NCBI GenBank assembly: GCA_963785745.1
Contig: CAWAWR010000019.1
Location: 20,662 to 84,661, forward strand
Length of the DNA stretch: 64,000 nucleotides
Reading direction: 5' to 3'
DNA from: an uncultured Alphaproteobacteria bacterium
GTDB taxonomy: Bacteria; Pseudomonadota; Alphaproteobacteria; Rhizobiales; Xanthobacteraceae
Positions 9,194-18,846 of the stretch are shown piece after piece. Made by a program: the position numbers and the translations under genes. The notes beneath the pieces were generated by a model. The model worked only from the letters and a program-made list of their open reading frames with translations. It did not search any database and was not told the origin of the DNA. Every line of letters starts with the position of its first letter. Position 1 is the stretch's first letter.

Positions 9194-10540
9194 TTATTGT
9201 CGACCGGTTGGCGGCCAATTTGTATCCGCGGGTGGCGTCAATGTGAAGGGGGCCAATTTGGACGGCGGGTGGCATCGATACGAAGGGCGGCCAATTGAAC
9301 CGCGTGGCGGCCAATATGCATCGGCGGGCTTCGATACCAAAGGCGGCCTTGGAGGTGGCTCAGGCGGTGGCGCCTGGATTGTCAATGCAGGGTCGTAACG
9401 TCGTGTCTCCACCCATTGGTGCGCGTGCGTCCTCGAAACGCTTACGGTTCGGAAGGGAATCCCGCTTGCTTTCTCCACGAACATGGATCGGTGGCTATAG
9501 AACGTTCTGGCTGACTCACTGTCTCGGTAGAAGTCATATTCGTACCAATCGTGGTCGCGGCCATCCACCGAGACCCTACCCAGACATTTGACCTGCCCGA
9601 CATACTCAGACGGTGGAAACAAGCGTCCTGACGATCTTGTCTACGAAGTTCGGCTTTTCGGGAGTCTCTACCCAACTGTCCGGCATCGATCTGCTTTGCC
9701 CAAGCTCGCCCGTCCGCTGCAATGGTTTCGCCGAAACGCCCGCCAACGAACTGATGTGAACCGGTACTGAATCGCATCGGAGGGAACAAAGGTGCCTGTC
9801 AAGCAGCAAGGAATGGATTCAAACGATCCTTTGATCTCAAACTCAAAGGCCGCCATCCTGCCGCGTTGGACCGCGGTAAAAAACTCGGCCCGGCATGCGG
9901 GATCGCCTTTCTGCGCTTCTTGCGAGAGACGCCGCAGCGACTCCGACCACCGCTTTTCAAAGTCGACGGCAGGCGGATCGATGCGGATCGAGGGATCATG
10001 GCGATAAATTGCCATGGACGCCCGAACTTGCATCGCTCCGTCCGCGCGTCTCGAATTGAACCGGGAGTCCGGAATGCTCGTCGGTAAAAATCGTCTCGAC
10101 CCAAACCCGCTCGGCGATCTGCTTGGCGAATTCGTATTTGTTCATTGCGCGACCGTCGATGACGACGCGGCCCAGGCATGTCACTTGACCGGCTGAAAAT
10201 GGCACCCCGGGTGCGGGCACTCTGTCTTGGTGAGTCCAAATCGTTGAATATGGACCTCGCCACCCGGCGCGATCCTTCTCCCACTTGCGATCGCCAATCC
10301 ACACCGTCTCGCGCTCTGTGCCGGCAGCGGCGTCGCAGTTGCGCTCGCGCTGGGCGATGCCAGGCACAATCTCTCCACAGATTTTCATCCGGACGTCTTT
10401 GCTCCAGCGCGTAGTCTCGAAATGGAATGGCCCCGAATTCCATGCACGCGTCCACGAGCAGCGTGAGCTTCGTCTTCGCAGTGGGAGGCTGCGGGCACGC
10501 CCCAAACACAGGCGATCAGCGCAATGACGAGCCGGCGCAA
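9194..10540 (-). pseudogene. secreted Cys/Trp-rich repeat protein of unknown family, disrupted copy (composite of ORFs 9996..10640, 9668..10033 and 9194..9622)
   Basis: Signal peptide (M)RRLVIALIACVWGVPAASHCEDEA is in a different frame from the downstream SGPFHFETTRW..CGEI..CLGRVVIDGR domain; second shift at ..FETRGRSDASSGVHGNLSP* / AIYRHDPSIRIDPPAVD; two in-frame TAG stops (9668-9670, ~9641-9643) before the C-terminal PSEYVGQVKCLGRVSVDGRD module; homologous to 10713..11982. Confidence 0.6.
9205..9350. repeat. degenerate ~35-bp tandem repeat (3-4 units, ggcggccaat-type) encoding the Trp/Pro-rich tail of the disrupted paralogue
   Basis: tggcggccaatttgtatccgcgggtggcg... ggggccaatttggacggcgggtggcatcgatacgaag ggcggccaattgaaccgcgtggcggccaatatgcatc; translates on the minus strand to WPPRGSIGRP / WPPTGRQ. 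Confidence 0.55.
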
Positions 10541-10712
10541 TTTCGTCTCCCCGATCCTTGGCCGGCATGGCGCTTCTGGTCAGAGCCCTTGTGCCAGGCG
10601 CGTCTAAGTTGAATTTCGACTGCGGCAAGATCGAGACCAACGTGCCGTTGCCGACCGCGTTGGCGAACGCAATGCCGTTCGTCGGACGATTAAAGACCGT
10701 CCGACGGCCGGG

Positions 10713-11982
10713 CTATCTCGGGGAAACCTCCTGAGCAAACCGCTCCGGAAGCATCGCCCGGCGATGTTCTTCATCTGTCATCGAGCGTAACGGTGGGGCC
10801 GGGCTTTGGCCGGCACTCGATTCGGTCGGAGGAGCCTCGACCGTGAGCCCCGGCTCATACCAACGCATTTCGACCCACGACCGGGCGCCGCCTCTCGACA
10901 AGCCTACGGTTTGCGTGGGAAGCCCGGTCGCGTCATCGACCAGAACGCGCCGCGTATCGTAGAACTTCAGCGCCGACTCCCAATTCCGATACAGATCATA
11001 GTTGTAGACCCGATAGTCGCGGCCCGAGATCGTAACTTTGCCCAGACACCGCACATGGCCCACATGTTCCGGATTCGGCATCAATTCGCCTATGACCCAA
11101 TCCACGCTGGGGCGTTGGTCAAGCGCTTCCAACCACTGCGGATCGACCCATTTCCATATCTGATCGCCAACGGCAATGAACTCCATTGCGTATTGGAATG
11201 AAAGCATCCTGTTATAGATGGACCTGGGCGCGACAAAGACACCGCGCATTCCGTGCAGGTGGGTGTGAAAGAAACGCCTCAAGTCATAGTGAAAGCTCGC
11301 CGTCCGTCCGCGCCGAAGGGCACTCATGACCTCCTGACGGCAGGCGGTGTCGGTGTCTTGCACGATATCCTCGAATTGCCGCACCGACCTTGCCCACCTC
11401 TTGTCGAGATCGACTGCGGGCGGCTTGATCGCGATCAAGGGATCATGGCGATAGACCGTCACGGTCGCGACCGAATCTCCGCTCCTGGTCTCAAAGCGAA
11501 ACGGAAGGCGCGTGCCGGCATCGACGAATACAGTCTCGGCGACGTCAACCCGATCCCCGGTTTGTGCAATGAATTCGTACTGGTACCGACTCGCGGCCTT
11601 CCATCTTGACGCGGCCGTGACAGCGGACATGGTTGAACGCTCGGACCAGCGACCAAGTCGGCAGCTTGCTGCCATGAGACCAGCCGCTTGGATGCGAGCC
11701 TCGCCAACCAAAGCCGTCGTTCACCCAGCTCTGGCTCTGACTTTGGATTCGGATGTGTTCGAGGCGATTGCCGCTTGCCGGTTCGCAACTGCGTTCGAAC
11801 TCGGCCTTGAGCGGATCGATTTCTCCGCATGTCCGCACGCCGGGGCTCGCTCTCGTCTCAAAATGGAAGGGGCCCGACATCCACACGCTCTTGCGCGCAG
11901 CATACGCCTCGTCTTCGCAATCGGCGGCGGCAGGCAATATCCATAGGAAGGCAAGAATGCAGATGCACCGGTTCAAAATCAT
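10713..11982 (-). pseudogene. secreted Cys/Trp-rich repeat protein of unknown family; signal-peptide ORF 11545..11982 and body ORF 10713..11711 joined by an apparent frameshift near 11570-11590
   Basis: Start MILNRCICILAFLWILPAAADCEDEAYAARKSVWMSGPFHFETR..CGEI..VRCHGRVKMEGRESVP, then in the other frame YQYEFIAQ..LPFRFETR..VYRHDPLIAIKPPAVDLDKRW..HVGHVRCLGKVTISGRDYRVYNYDLYR; in 9996..10640 the same junction is continuous (CLGRVVIDGRAMNKYEFAKQ). Confidence 0.6.
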
Positions 11983-12044
11983 GGCTCCAACCCTCGTCGC
12001 ATGAGTTCGGAATCTCGCCGGAGTATTGCTGGCCAGTGTACTCC

Positions 12045-12629
12045 TTACCGCGGCTTCCGCAGCATCGGCACCAGCGGCGGCGACGAGCCGACCTGGATCG
12101 TGCCGAGCGGCTCGAAGCCGTGACGCCGATAGAGCGAAATGTTTCGCGGATTGGTGGATTCCAGATAAGCCGGCACTCGCTCGCGGTCGCAACGCGCAAG
12201 CACATACGCTATCAACGCGTCGCCATGGCCCTTGCCCTGACGCGCCGGATCGACGCCGATCAGCGGCAGATACCAATGCGGCTCGTGCGGGTGATAGGCC
12301 GCCATCTGTTCGAATATTCCGGCGCCATCCTGCAGACGTGATGGCGATACCGTACTCTGCATCACCGCGCTGAGACCCGCCTCATCGGGCTCGACCCCGG
12401 GCGGCAGCCACAGCGCCACGCCGGTGTAGCCATCGGTCGCAAGCGCGCCGCCGTGGGCAAACCCACGGCCACCGAAGGCCCGCGCCATCCGTGGCATGGC
12501 CGCGAGGTATTGGTCCGGGTTCGGCCACGTCCAGCGCGTCATCGGATCCGCGGCAAAGGCCAGGACGATCGTCGCGATCGCCGCGCTTTCCTCGACCGGC
12601 GCTAGGGCTCTGACCGTTGGAACATCCAT
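12045..12629 (-). CDS. GNAT-family N-acetyltransferase
   Basis: 194-aa ORF with acetyl-CoA-binding-like ARQGKGHGDALIAYVL motif. Confidence 0.7.
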   Translation of the reverse strand: MDVPTVRALAPVEESAAIATIVLAFAADPMTRWTWPNPDQYLAAMPRMARAFGGRGFAHGGALATDGYTGVALWLPPGVEPDEAGLSAVMQSTVSPSRLQDGAGIFEQMAAYHPHEPHWYLPLIGVDPARQGKGHGDALIAYVLARCDRERVPAYLESTNPRNISLYRRHGFEPLGTIQVGSSPPLVPMLRKPR

Positions 12630-12705
12630 GCCGTCCTCCCGGCTGACACTCCGAAGCCGACGTCCTGTCCTGCATTGCGATGGCCAAACTGAGGCTGCGG
12701 CGCAG

Positions 12706-13152
12706 TCAGCGGCGTGCTTTCGCCTTCACCTTGCGGACTGCGCCGCTCATAGCCGCGCGCATGTCGGCGATGAGGCGATCATTGTCGCGGGTGAAACGCG
12801 TAACCACGCTCTTGGGACAGAGGGAATTCGGATCGTGCCGCCCACCCCAACGGACCATCTCGACGAGCACGGGCGCGAGATCGCGGCCCTTGTCAGTCAG
12901 GGTGTAGATCACCTGCTTGCGGTTGTCGGGATCGGGGCAGCGCTCGATCAGGCCGCGCTCTTCAAGCTTCTTGAGCCGCGCGGTCAGGATGTTCGATGCG
13001 ATGCGTTCCGGCGACTCCATCAACTCCTTGAAATGCCGCTTACCCGCGAACAACAAGTCGCGGATGACGAGCAAGGTCCAGCGGTCGCCGAAAAAATCGA
13101 GCGCATAATCGATCGGACAACCGGAGAGCCGGCGCTTGCGGCCGTCGCTCAT
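12706..13152 (-). CDS. HxlR-family (MarR-like winged-helix) transcriptional regulator
   Basis: 148 aa; CPIDYALDFFGDRWTLLVIRDL..FKEL..RIASNILTARLKKLEERGLI is the HxlR signature. Confidence 0.8.
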   Translation of the reverse strand: MSDGRKRRLSGCPIDYALDFFGDRWTLLVIRDLLFAGKRHFKELMESPERIASNILTARLKKLEERGLIERCPDPDNRKQVIYTLTDKGRDLAPVLVEMVRWGGRHDPNSLCPKSVVTRFTRDNDRLIADMRAAMSGAVRKVKAKARR

Positions 13153-13192
13153 CGAACCTCCAAAGAATACCTGTGATTATCAGGTCATTAGA

Positions 13193-13238
13193 TGACTTGC
13201 AAAATGCAATTGATCTGCTACGGTTAACTTGCAAAATG
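13193..13238. promoter_or_regulatory. duplicated operator-like site (ACTTGCAAAATGCAA x2, each containing TTGCA-N3-TGCAA) between divergent hxlR-like and GST genes
   Basis: gatgacttgcaaaatgcaattgatctgctacggttaacttgcaaaatgcaactaatgg; lies between HxlR start (13152, minus) and GST start (13258, plus). Confidence 0.55.
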
Positions 13239-13257
13239 CAACTAATGGAGGGATGTC

Positions 13258-13923
13258 GTGGAAACGCCGATCAGAGTAAGCGCATTCCGTTGGGTACCGC
13301 CGTTCGCGCAGGGCCTGGCGCGCGATTTTCGCGTGCGCTGGGCGCTGGAAGAGGCCGGCCTTCCCTATGAGGAGCGGCTGATCGGGCCGGAGGATCAATC
13401 CACCGAGAGCTACCGCGCGCTGCAGCCGTTCGGGCAAATCCCGGCGATCGAGGACGACGGGCTTCCCCTGTTCGAATCCGGCGCCATCGTCCTGCACATC
13501 GCGGAGCGTTCGGAAGCGCTGATGCCGTCCGATCCTGCCGGACGGGCGCGCGTGATGTGCTGGGCGTTCGCCGCGCTCAACTCGATCGAGCCGCGCGTGA
13601 ATGCGCTTTCGGAGATCGACCTTTTCCATTCCGACGCGGAATGGGCGAAGCTACGCCGCCCCGCGGTCGAGCAGGCGGCGAAGGCCCGGCTGACATTGCT
13701 CGCGGACCGCTTCAAGGGACGCGACTATCTCGAGGACCGGTTCACCGCCGCCGACATCCTGATGACGACGGTGTTGCGCGTCCTGCGCCACACCGATCTG
13801 GTCGCGCAGATCCCGCCGCTCGAGGCCTACCGGCTGCGCTGCGAAGCGCGTCCGGCATTCAAAAAGGCGATGGCCGACCACCTGGCGCCGTCTGCGAAGC
13901 ATGCGCCGGCGCCCGTAAACTAG
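13258..13923 (+). CDS. glutathione S-transferase family protein
   Basis: 221 aa; N-terminal thioredoxin-like GST fold (..ESGAIVLHIAE..) and C-terminal helical domain. Confidence 0.7.
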   Translation: METPIRVSAFRWVPPFAQGLARDFRVRWALEEAGLPYEERLIGPEDQSTESYRALQPFGQIPAIEDDGLPLFESGAIVLHIAERSEALMPSDPAGRARVMCWAFAALNSIEPRVNALSEIDLFHSDAEWAKLRRPAVEQAAKARLTLLADRFKGRDYLEDRFTAADILMTTVLRVLRHTDLVAQIPPLEAYRLRCEARPAFKKAMADHLAPSAKHAPAPVN

Positions 13924-13937
13924 GTGAGGACCGGCCC

Positions 13938-14360
13938 ATGACGACGCGCTTCCTGCTCGCCGCCCTCGCCTACATCGTGCCGACCTTCCCGCTCGGCTAT
14001 CTCTGGCATCTGGTCTTCTTCAAGAACTACTACGCGTCGCTCCTGGTCTATCGCCCGGATATGGCCTTCTCCTTGGGCGTGACGTCGATGGCGATCCAGA
14101 GCGTCATCTGGGCCTACCTCTACAACCGCCTGTTCTCCGGCGAGCCGGTGCTGCGCGGCGCCGTCAAATTCGCGGCGCTGGCCTTCCCGCTCGCCTGGAG
14201 CTTTTTGGTGCTGCCGATCGGCGCCAAGCACCTGATGGCCGACGTGCAGGGCTTCGTTCTGATCGAGACAGCGTTTGTCGCCGTTCAATACCTGATCGTC
14301 AGCCCGCTGATCGCGCTGGCGTTCTCGTATGGAAGAGCGCCACAAGCCGCAGCCGCTTAG
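13938..14360 (+). CDS. small integral membrane protein (4 predicted TM), unknown function
   Basis: MTTRFLLAALAYIVPTFPLGYLWHLVFF...; SD gtgagga 8 nt upstream of ATG 13938. Confidence 0.6.
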   Translation: MTTRFLLAALAYIVPTFPLGYLWHLVFFKNYYASLLVYRPDMAFSLGVTSMAIQSVIWAYLYNRLFSGEPVLRGAVKFAALAFPLAWSFLVLPIGAKHLMADVQGFVLIETAFVAVQYLIVSPLIALAFSYGRAPQAAAA

Positions 14361-14430
14361 CGTACATTCCGGCGGTATTTTCCTCCCGAGCCGCTACAAT
14401 CCCCCGCGAATCCTTTGGGTTTGCGGGGGC

Positions 14431-15681
14431 ATGCTGCAACTTCAATCGGCCTTGGGCGTCGTCGGCTTGCTCGCCATCGCCTGGCTTGTCAGTGAGCGGC
14501 GGCGTGCCGTGCGCTGGAAGCAGGTCGGTCTTTCGCTGGCGCTCACCATCGTTGTCGCCGTCATCCTGCTCAAGATTCCGCAGGTCGTCGCGGCCTTCGC
14601 CTATGTGAACCAGGCGGTGGGCGCGATCGCCGCGGCGACCCGCGCCGGCACGACGTTCGTGTTCGGCTATCTCGGCGGCGGCACCCTGCCCTACGACCTG
14701 AAGACGCCGGGCGCCGAGTTCGTGCTCGCCATGCAGGCGCTGCCGGTGCTGCTGGTGATGAGCGTGCTGACGACGCTGCTGTTCTACTGGCGCGTGCTGC
14801 CGCCCTTGGTGCGCGGCTTCTCCTGGGCGCTGGAGCGCACCATCGGCGTCGGCGGCGCGGTCGGGCTTGCGACCGCGACCAACATCTTCGTTGGCCACGT
14901 CGAGGCGCCGCTATTCATCCGGCCTTACCTTGCGCGGCTGACGCGTACCGAGCTGTTCATCGTGATGACCGGCGGCATGGCCGGCATCGCCGGCACCGTG
15001 CTGGTGCTCTACGCCACCATGCTCGTTCCGATCATCCCGGATGCCGCCGCGCATCTCGTGATCGCCTCGGTGCTGGGCGCGCCGGCGGCGATCCTGATCA
15101 GCCTGATCATGGTGCCGGAGACCACCGAGAGGCAGACCGGCGGCGATCTCATCGAGCCCGAGCCGGTGGCGTCGAGCACGATGGACGCGATCGTGAAGGG
15201 CACCGTCGCCGGGCTCGAGCTGCTGATGACCATCGTCGCCATGCTGATCGTGCTGGTCGCGCTGGTCTACCTCGCCAATGCCATCCTCGGCTTGCTGCCC
15301 GACGTCGCCGGTGCGCCGCTCTCGCTGCAACGCATGCTCGGCTGGATCATGGCGCCGGTCACCTGGCTGATGGGCATCCCCTGGGATCAGGCGCAGACCG
15401 CCGGCAGCCTGATGGGCATCAAGACGATCCTCAACGAGCTGATCGCCTATGTGGAACTGTCGAAGCTCGCCCCCGACGCGCTCGACGCGCGCTCGCGGCT
15501 GATCATGCTCTACGCGATGTGCGGCTTCGCCAATTTCGGCTCGCTCGGCATCATGATCGGCGGCATGGCCACGATGGTGCCGGAGCGCCGCGACGACATC
15601 GTGTCGCTCGGGCTCCGGTCGATCGTGTCGGGCACGCTCGCGACCTGCCTGATCGGCGCGATCGTCGGCGTGCTGAATTGA
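14431..15681 (+). CDS. NupC/NupG-family (CNT) nucleoside transporter
   Basis: ORF 14329..15681; likely start MLQLQSALGVVGLLAIAWLV after gcggggg; multi-TM; CNT-type C-terminal domain. Confidence 0.75.
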   Translation: MLQLQSALGVVGLLAIAWLVSERRRAVRWKQVGLSLALTIVVAVILLKIPQVVAAFAYVNQAVGAIAAATRAGTTFVFGYLGGGTLPYDLKTPGAEFVLAMQALPVLLVMSVLTTLLFYWRVLPPLVRGFSWALERTIGVGGAVGLATATNIFVGHVEAPLFIRPYLARLTRTELFIVMTGGMAGIAGTVLVLYATMLVPIIPDAAAHLVIASVLGAPAAILISLIMVPETTERQTGGDLIEPEPVASSTMDAIVKGTVAGLELLMTIVAMLIVLVALVYLANAILGLLPDVAGAPLSLQRMLGWIMAPVTWLMGIPWDQAQTAGSLMGIKTILNELIAYVELSKLAPDALDARSRLIMLYAMCGFANFGSLGIMIGGMATMVPERRDDIVSLGLRSIVSGTLATCLIGAIVGVLN

Positions 15682-15684
15682 AAA

Positions 15685-15713
15685 GACCCTGCCGCTCGCG
15701 CGGCAGGGTCTTG
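15685..15713. terminator. 10-bp GC-rich hairpin between convergent genes (possible bidirectional terminator)
   Basis: gaccctgccg ctcgcg cggcagggtc, then ttgtcgc (weak U-tract). Confidence 0.45.
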
Positions 15714-15738
15714 TCGCAAACTCACATAAACCTTCGGC

Positions 15739-16677
15739 CTATCCCGGCGTCGGCGCGTAGCGGCCGGTCGCCTGCGGCGCGTATCCGCCCTTGCCGCCCT
15801 TGGTCTCCCATTCGAGCCGCGTGTCGCGGGGCCAGGTGCGCTTGAGGTCGTCCTTCACGTCGACGCGCAAGCGGCCAAGCCCGTCGATTTCGAGTTCGAC
15901 CTTGTCGCCGTTCTGGAACGCATGCAGGCCGCGATGGTTGGTGCCGGTTGCGAGCACGTCGCCCGGCTCCAGGCCGTGGATCGAGCTGACGAACTCGATG
16001 CAGCGCGGGATTTTGTGCGCCATGTCGTCGGTGTTGTAGTTCTGCTTCAGCGTCCCGTTGTTCCAGAGCCGGACCTGCAGCTTGTGCGGATCCTTGATCT
16101 CGTCGGCGGTGACGATGTAGGGCCCGATCGGCGCGAAGGTGTCGCGCGATTTCATCTGATAGAAGGTGTTGCCCGGCGGCTTCAGTCCGCGGGCGGAGCC
16201 GTCGATGAAGTTGGTGTAGCCGAACACGTAGCTCATCGCGTCGGCTTCTTTGATATTGCTGCCACGCTTGCCGATGATCACCGCAAGCTCGGCCTCGCCT
16301 TCAAAGTGGGTCGCTGGCACATCGGGCAGCACCATCGTACCGGCAGTTGGCAGCACGCAATTCGGTGACTTGAGGAACGCGTTGATCGGCGCCGGCTCCT
16401 TGCGGGTGCCGTCCTCCATGTAGTTGACCGCCATGCAGTCGATATTGATCGGGCGCGGCAGCGGCGAACGGATCGTCACCTTATCGAGCGGAATCGAGCG
16501 GCCGCGGCCGGCCGCCTGCTCGATCCTATTGCGGTAATCGCCCCAGCGTTCGATGACACCATTGATCAGGTCGTGCGGCCCGAGCTGCGGCACGTCCTTG
16601 ACCGCATCCATGACGTCGACGACGACGTCATCCTTGAGCACACCAAGCCGGAAATCATCGAAAAACAGGATCTTCAC
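15739..16677 (-). CDS. fumarylacetoacetate hydrolase (FAH) family protein
   Basis: 312 aa; FAH-fold motifs ..GTNHRGLHAFQNGDKVELEIDGLG.. Confidence 0.75.
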   Translation of the reverse strand: MKILFFDDFRLGVLKDDVVVDVMDAVKDVPQLGPHDLINGVIERWGDYRNRIEQAAGRGRSIPLDKVTIRSPLPRPINIDCMAVNYMEDGTRKEPAPINAFLKSPNCVLPTAGTMVLPDVPATHFEGEAELAVIIGKRGSNIKEADAMSYVFGYTNFIDGSARGLKPPGNTFYQMKSRDTFAPIGPYIVTADEIKDPHKLQVRLWNNGTLKQNYNTDDMAHKIPRCIEFVSSIHGLEPGDVLATGTNHRGLHAFQNGDKVELEIDGLGRLRVDVKDDLKRTWPRDTRLEWETKGGKGGYAPQATGRYAPTPG

Positions 16678-16878
16678 GGCGTCCTCCCTTGTGACTTTTT
16701 TGTCAGTGCGACACGCTAGTCCCTGAGGACGGATGTGATCAAGAGCCTATTCGCAAATCGTTGCCGATCGTCTTTTTGACCCTTCCTTCCCGGCAGGCAG
16801 CCATGTATTTTTGAATCAAAGCGCTCAGGGAACATGAGCGTGCAACGCGCGCATTGCGCGATGACAAGGGAGGATCTG

Positions 16879-17844
16879 ATGACGCTTCCCCGCCGTACGT
16901 TCGTCCGGCTCGCTGCAGGGGCTGTCGCGGCCCCGGCCATCTCACGCTTCGCATGGGCGGCCCCGTCACGGCCGGTGCATATTGTTGTCGGGTTCGCCCC
17001 TGGCAGCTCAACCGACATCATCGCGCGCGTGCTGGCGCGCTCGCTGTCGGAACGGCTTAGTCAGGAATTTATCGTCGATAACCGTGCCGGTATCGGCGGC
17101 AATCTCGCCACCGAGGCCGTCGTGAACGCGGCGCCCGACGGCCATACGCTGCTCATGGCCGGTCCCTCGGACGCGATCAACGCAACGCTCTACGACAAGC
17201 TCACCTTCAATTTCCGCCGCGACATCGCGCCAGTCGCCGCTGTCGTCTACTCTCCCAATGTCGTGCTGGTCGGCCCATCGGTTGCAGCCGAGACGGTGGG
17301 GGACCTGATGGCGCTGGCAAAAGCCGACCCGGGCAAGCTCCGCATGGCATCGGCCGGCGTCGGCTCCGCGAGCCACCTCGCCGGCGAGGTGTTCAAGATG
17401 ATGACCGGCACCGAAATGGTGCATGTCGCCTATCGTGGAGGCGGCGCGGATACGTTTGCCGATCTCATCGCCGGCCGAGCCGATGTCTATTTCCCGGCGC
17501 TCGCGTCCTCGATCGACCATATCAGGGACGGCAGGCTCAGAGCTCTGGCGGTGACCACGCCGCGCGGGCAACTCGGCATTCCGAGCATCGGTGAATTTGT
17601 GCCGTGCTATGAAACCAACACTTGGTTTGGCATCGGCGCCCCGCGCAACACGCCGGCGGAGATCGTCGAGCGGCTTAATCGGGCGATCAATACAGTTCTC
17701 GCCGACCCCGAGGTAGCAGCGTGGATTGTTGATTTCGGTGGCACGGCCGCCGGCGGTTCACCGGGCGACTTTGGCACGCTGATCGCGGGCGAAACCGAGC
17801 AGTGGGCAAGCGTCATCAAGGCCACCGGCACGACGTTGAGCTGA
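16879..17844 (+). CDS. Bug/TctC-family substrate-binding protein
   Basis: SD agggagga before ATG 16879; MTLPRRTFVRLAAGAVAAPAISRFAWAA Tat-like signal; Bug core. Confidence 0.8.
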   Translation: MTLPRRTFVRLAAGAVAAPAISRFAWAAPSRPVHIVVGFAPGSSTDIIARVLARSLSERLSQEFIVDNRAGIGGNLATEAVVNAAPDGHTLLMAGPSDAINATLYDKLTFNFRRDIAPVAAVVYSPNVVLVGPSVAAETVGDLMALAKADPGKLRMASAGVGSASHLAGEVFKMMTGTEMVHVAYRGGGADTFADLIAGRADVYFPALASSIDHIRDGRLRALAVTTPRGQLGIPSIGEFVPCYETNTWFGIGAPRNTPAEIVERLNRAINTVLADPEVAAWIVDFGGTAAGGSPGDFGTLIAGETEQWASVIKATGTTLS

Positions 17845-17854
17845 CAGGCCCCTC

Positions 17855-18844
17855 ATGAAACTCCACCGCCGTCGCTTCCTGCATCTGGCCGCGGGCGCGG
17901 TGGCCGTGCCCGCCGCTTCGCGCACGGCTTGGGCGCAAGCCTATCCGGCGCGTCAGATCACGATGATCGTACCGTTCGCGGCCGGCGGCCCGGCCGATAC
18001 GGTCGCGCGGGTCATGGCCGAGCGCATGCGCGGGTCGCTCGGCCAAACCGTGGTCATCGAGAACGTCGCGGGCGCAGGCGGCAGCATTGGCGTCGGCCGG
18101 ATCGCGCGCGCGACGCCTGACGGCTACACGTTCGGAATGGGCATCTCCAGCACCCAGGTCGTGAACCCGGTCATCTATTCCCTGCCGTACGACGTGCAGA
18201 CCGATTTCGAGCCGATCGCGCTGCTTGCGAGCAATCCGCATTTCATCGTCGCGAAGAAGGCGAACCCGGCCAACGACCTCAAGGAGTTCATCGCCTGGCT
18301 CAAGGCCAACCCCGACAAGGCGACGGCCGGCACGGCGGGCAACGGCAGCCCGCCCCACCTCGGCGCGGTTTTCTTCCAGCACGCATCCGGCACCCGCTTC
18401 GGGTTCGTGCCCTATCGCGGCGGCGGACCGGCGATGCAGGATCTGGTCGCCGGACAGATCGACCTGATGATCGACGCGCCGGCGACGGTGCTGCCGCAAC
18501 TGCGCGCCGGCGCCATCAAGGTCCATGCCCTGGCAGCCAAGAGCCGGATCGCGAGCGCGCCCACCGTGCCGACGACCGATGAAGCGGGTCTGCCCGGGTT
18601 TCATTTCTCCGCCTGGTTTGCGCTCTTCGCGCCCAAGGGCACGCCGAAGCCGATCATCGACCGGCTCAATGCCGCAGCCGTCGAAAGCCTGGCCGACGGC
18701 GGCGTGCGTGGTCGGCTCGCCGAGTTCGGCCTCGACATCTATCCGCGCGAACAGCAGACGCCACAGGCGGTGACGGCGTTGCAGAAGGCCGAAATCGAGA
18801 CGTGGTGGCCGATCATCAAGGCCGCCAAGATCAAGGGCGACTAA
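17855..18844 (+). CDS. Bug/TctC-family substrate-binding protein
   Basis: MKLHRRRFLHLAAGAVAVPAASRTAWAQAYPARQITMIVPFAAGGPADT... Confidence 0.85.
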   Translation: MKLHRRRFLHLAAGAVAVPAASRTAWAQAYPARQITMIVPFAAGGPADTVARVMAERMRGSLGQTVVIENVAGAGGSIGVGRIARATPDGYTFGMGISSTQVVNPVIYSLPYDVQTDFEPIALLASNPHFIVAKKANPANDLKEFIAWLKANPDKATAGTAGNGSPPHLGAVFFQHASGTRFGFVPYRGGGPAMQDLVAGQIDLMIDAPATVLPQLRAGAIKVHALAAKSRIASAPTVPTTDEAGLPGFHFSAWFALFAPKGTPKPIIDRLNAAAVESLADGGVRGRLAEFGLDIYPREQQTPQAVTALQKAEIETWWPIIKAAKIKGD

Positions 18845-18846
18845 TC

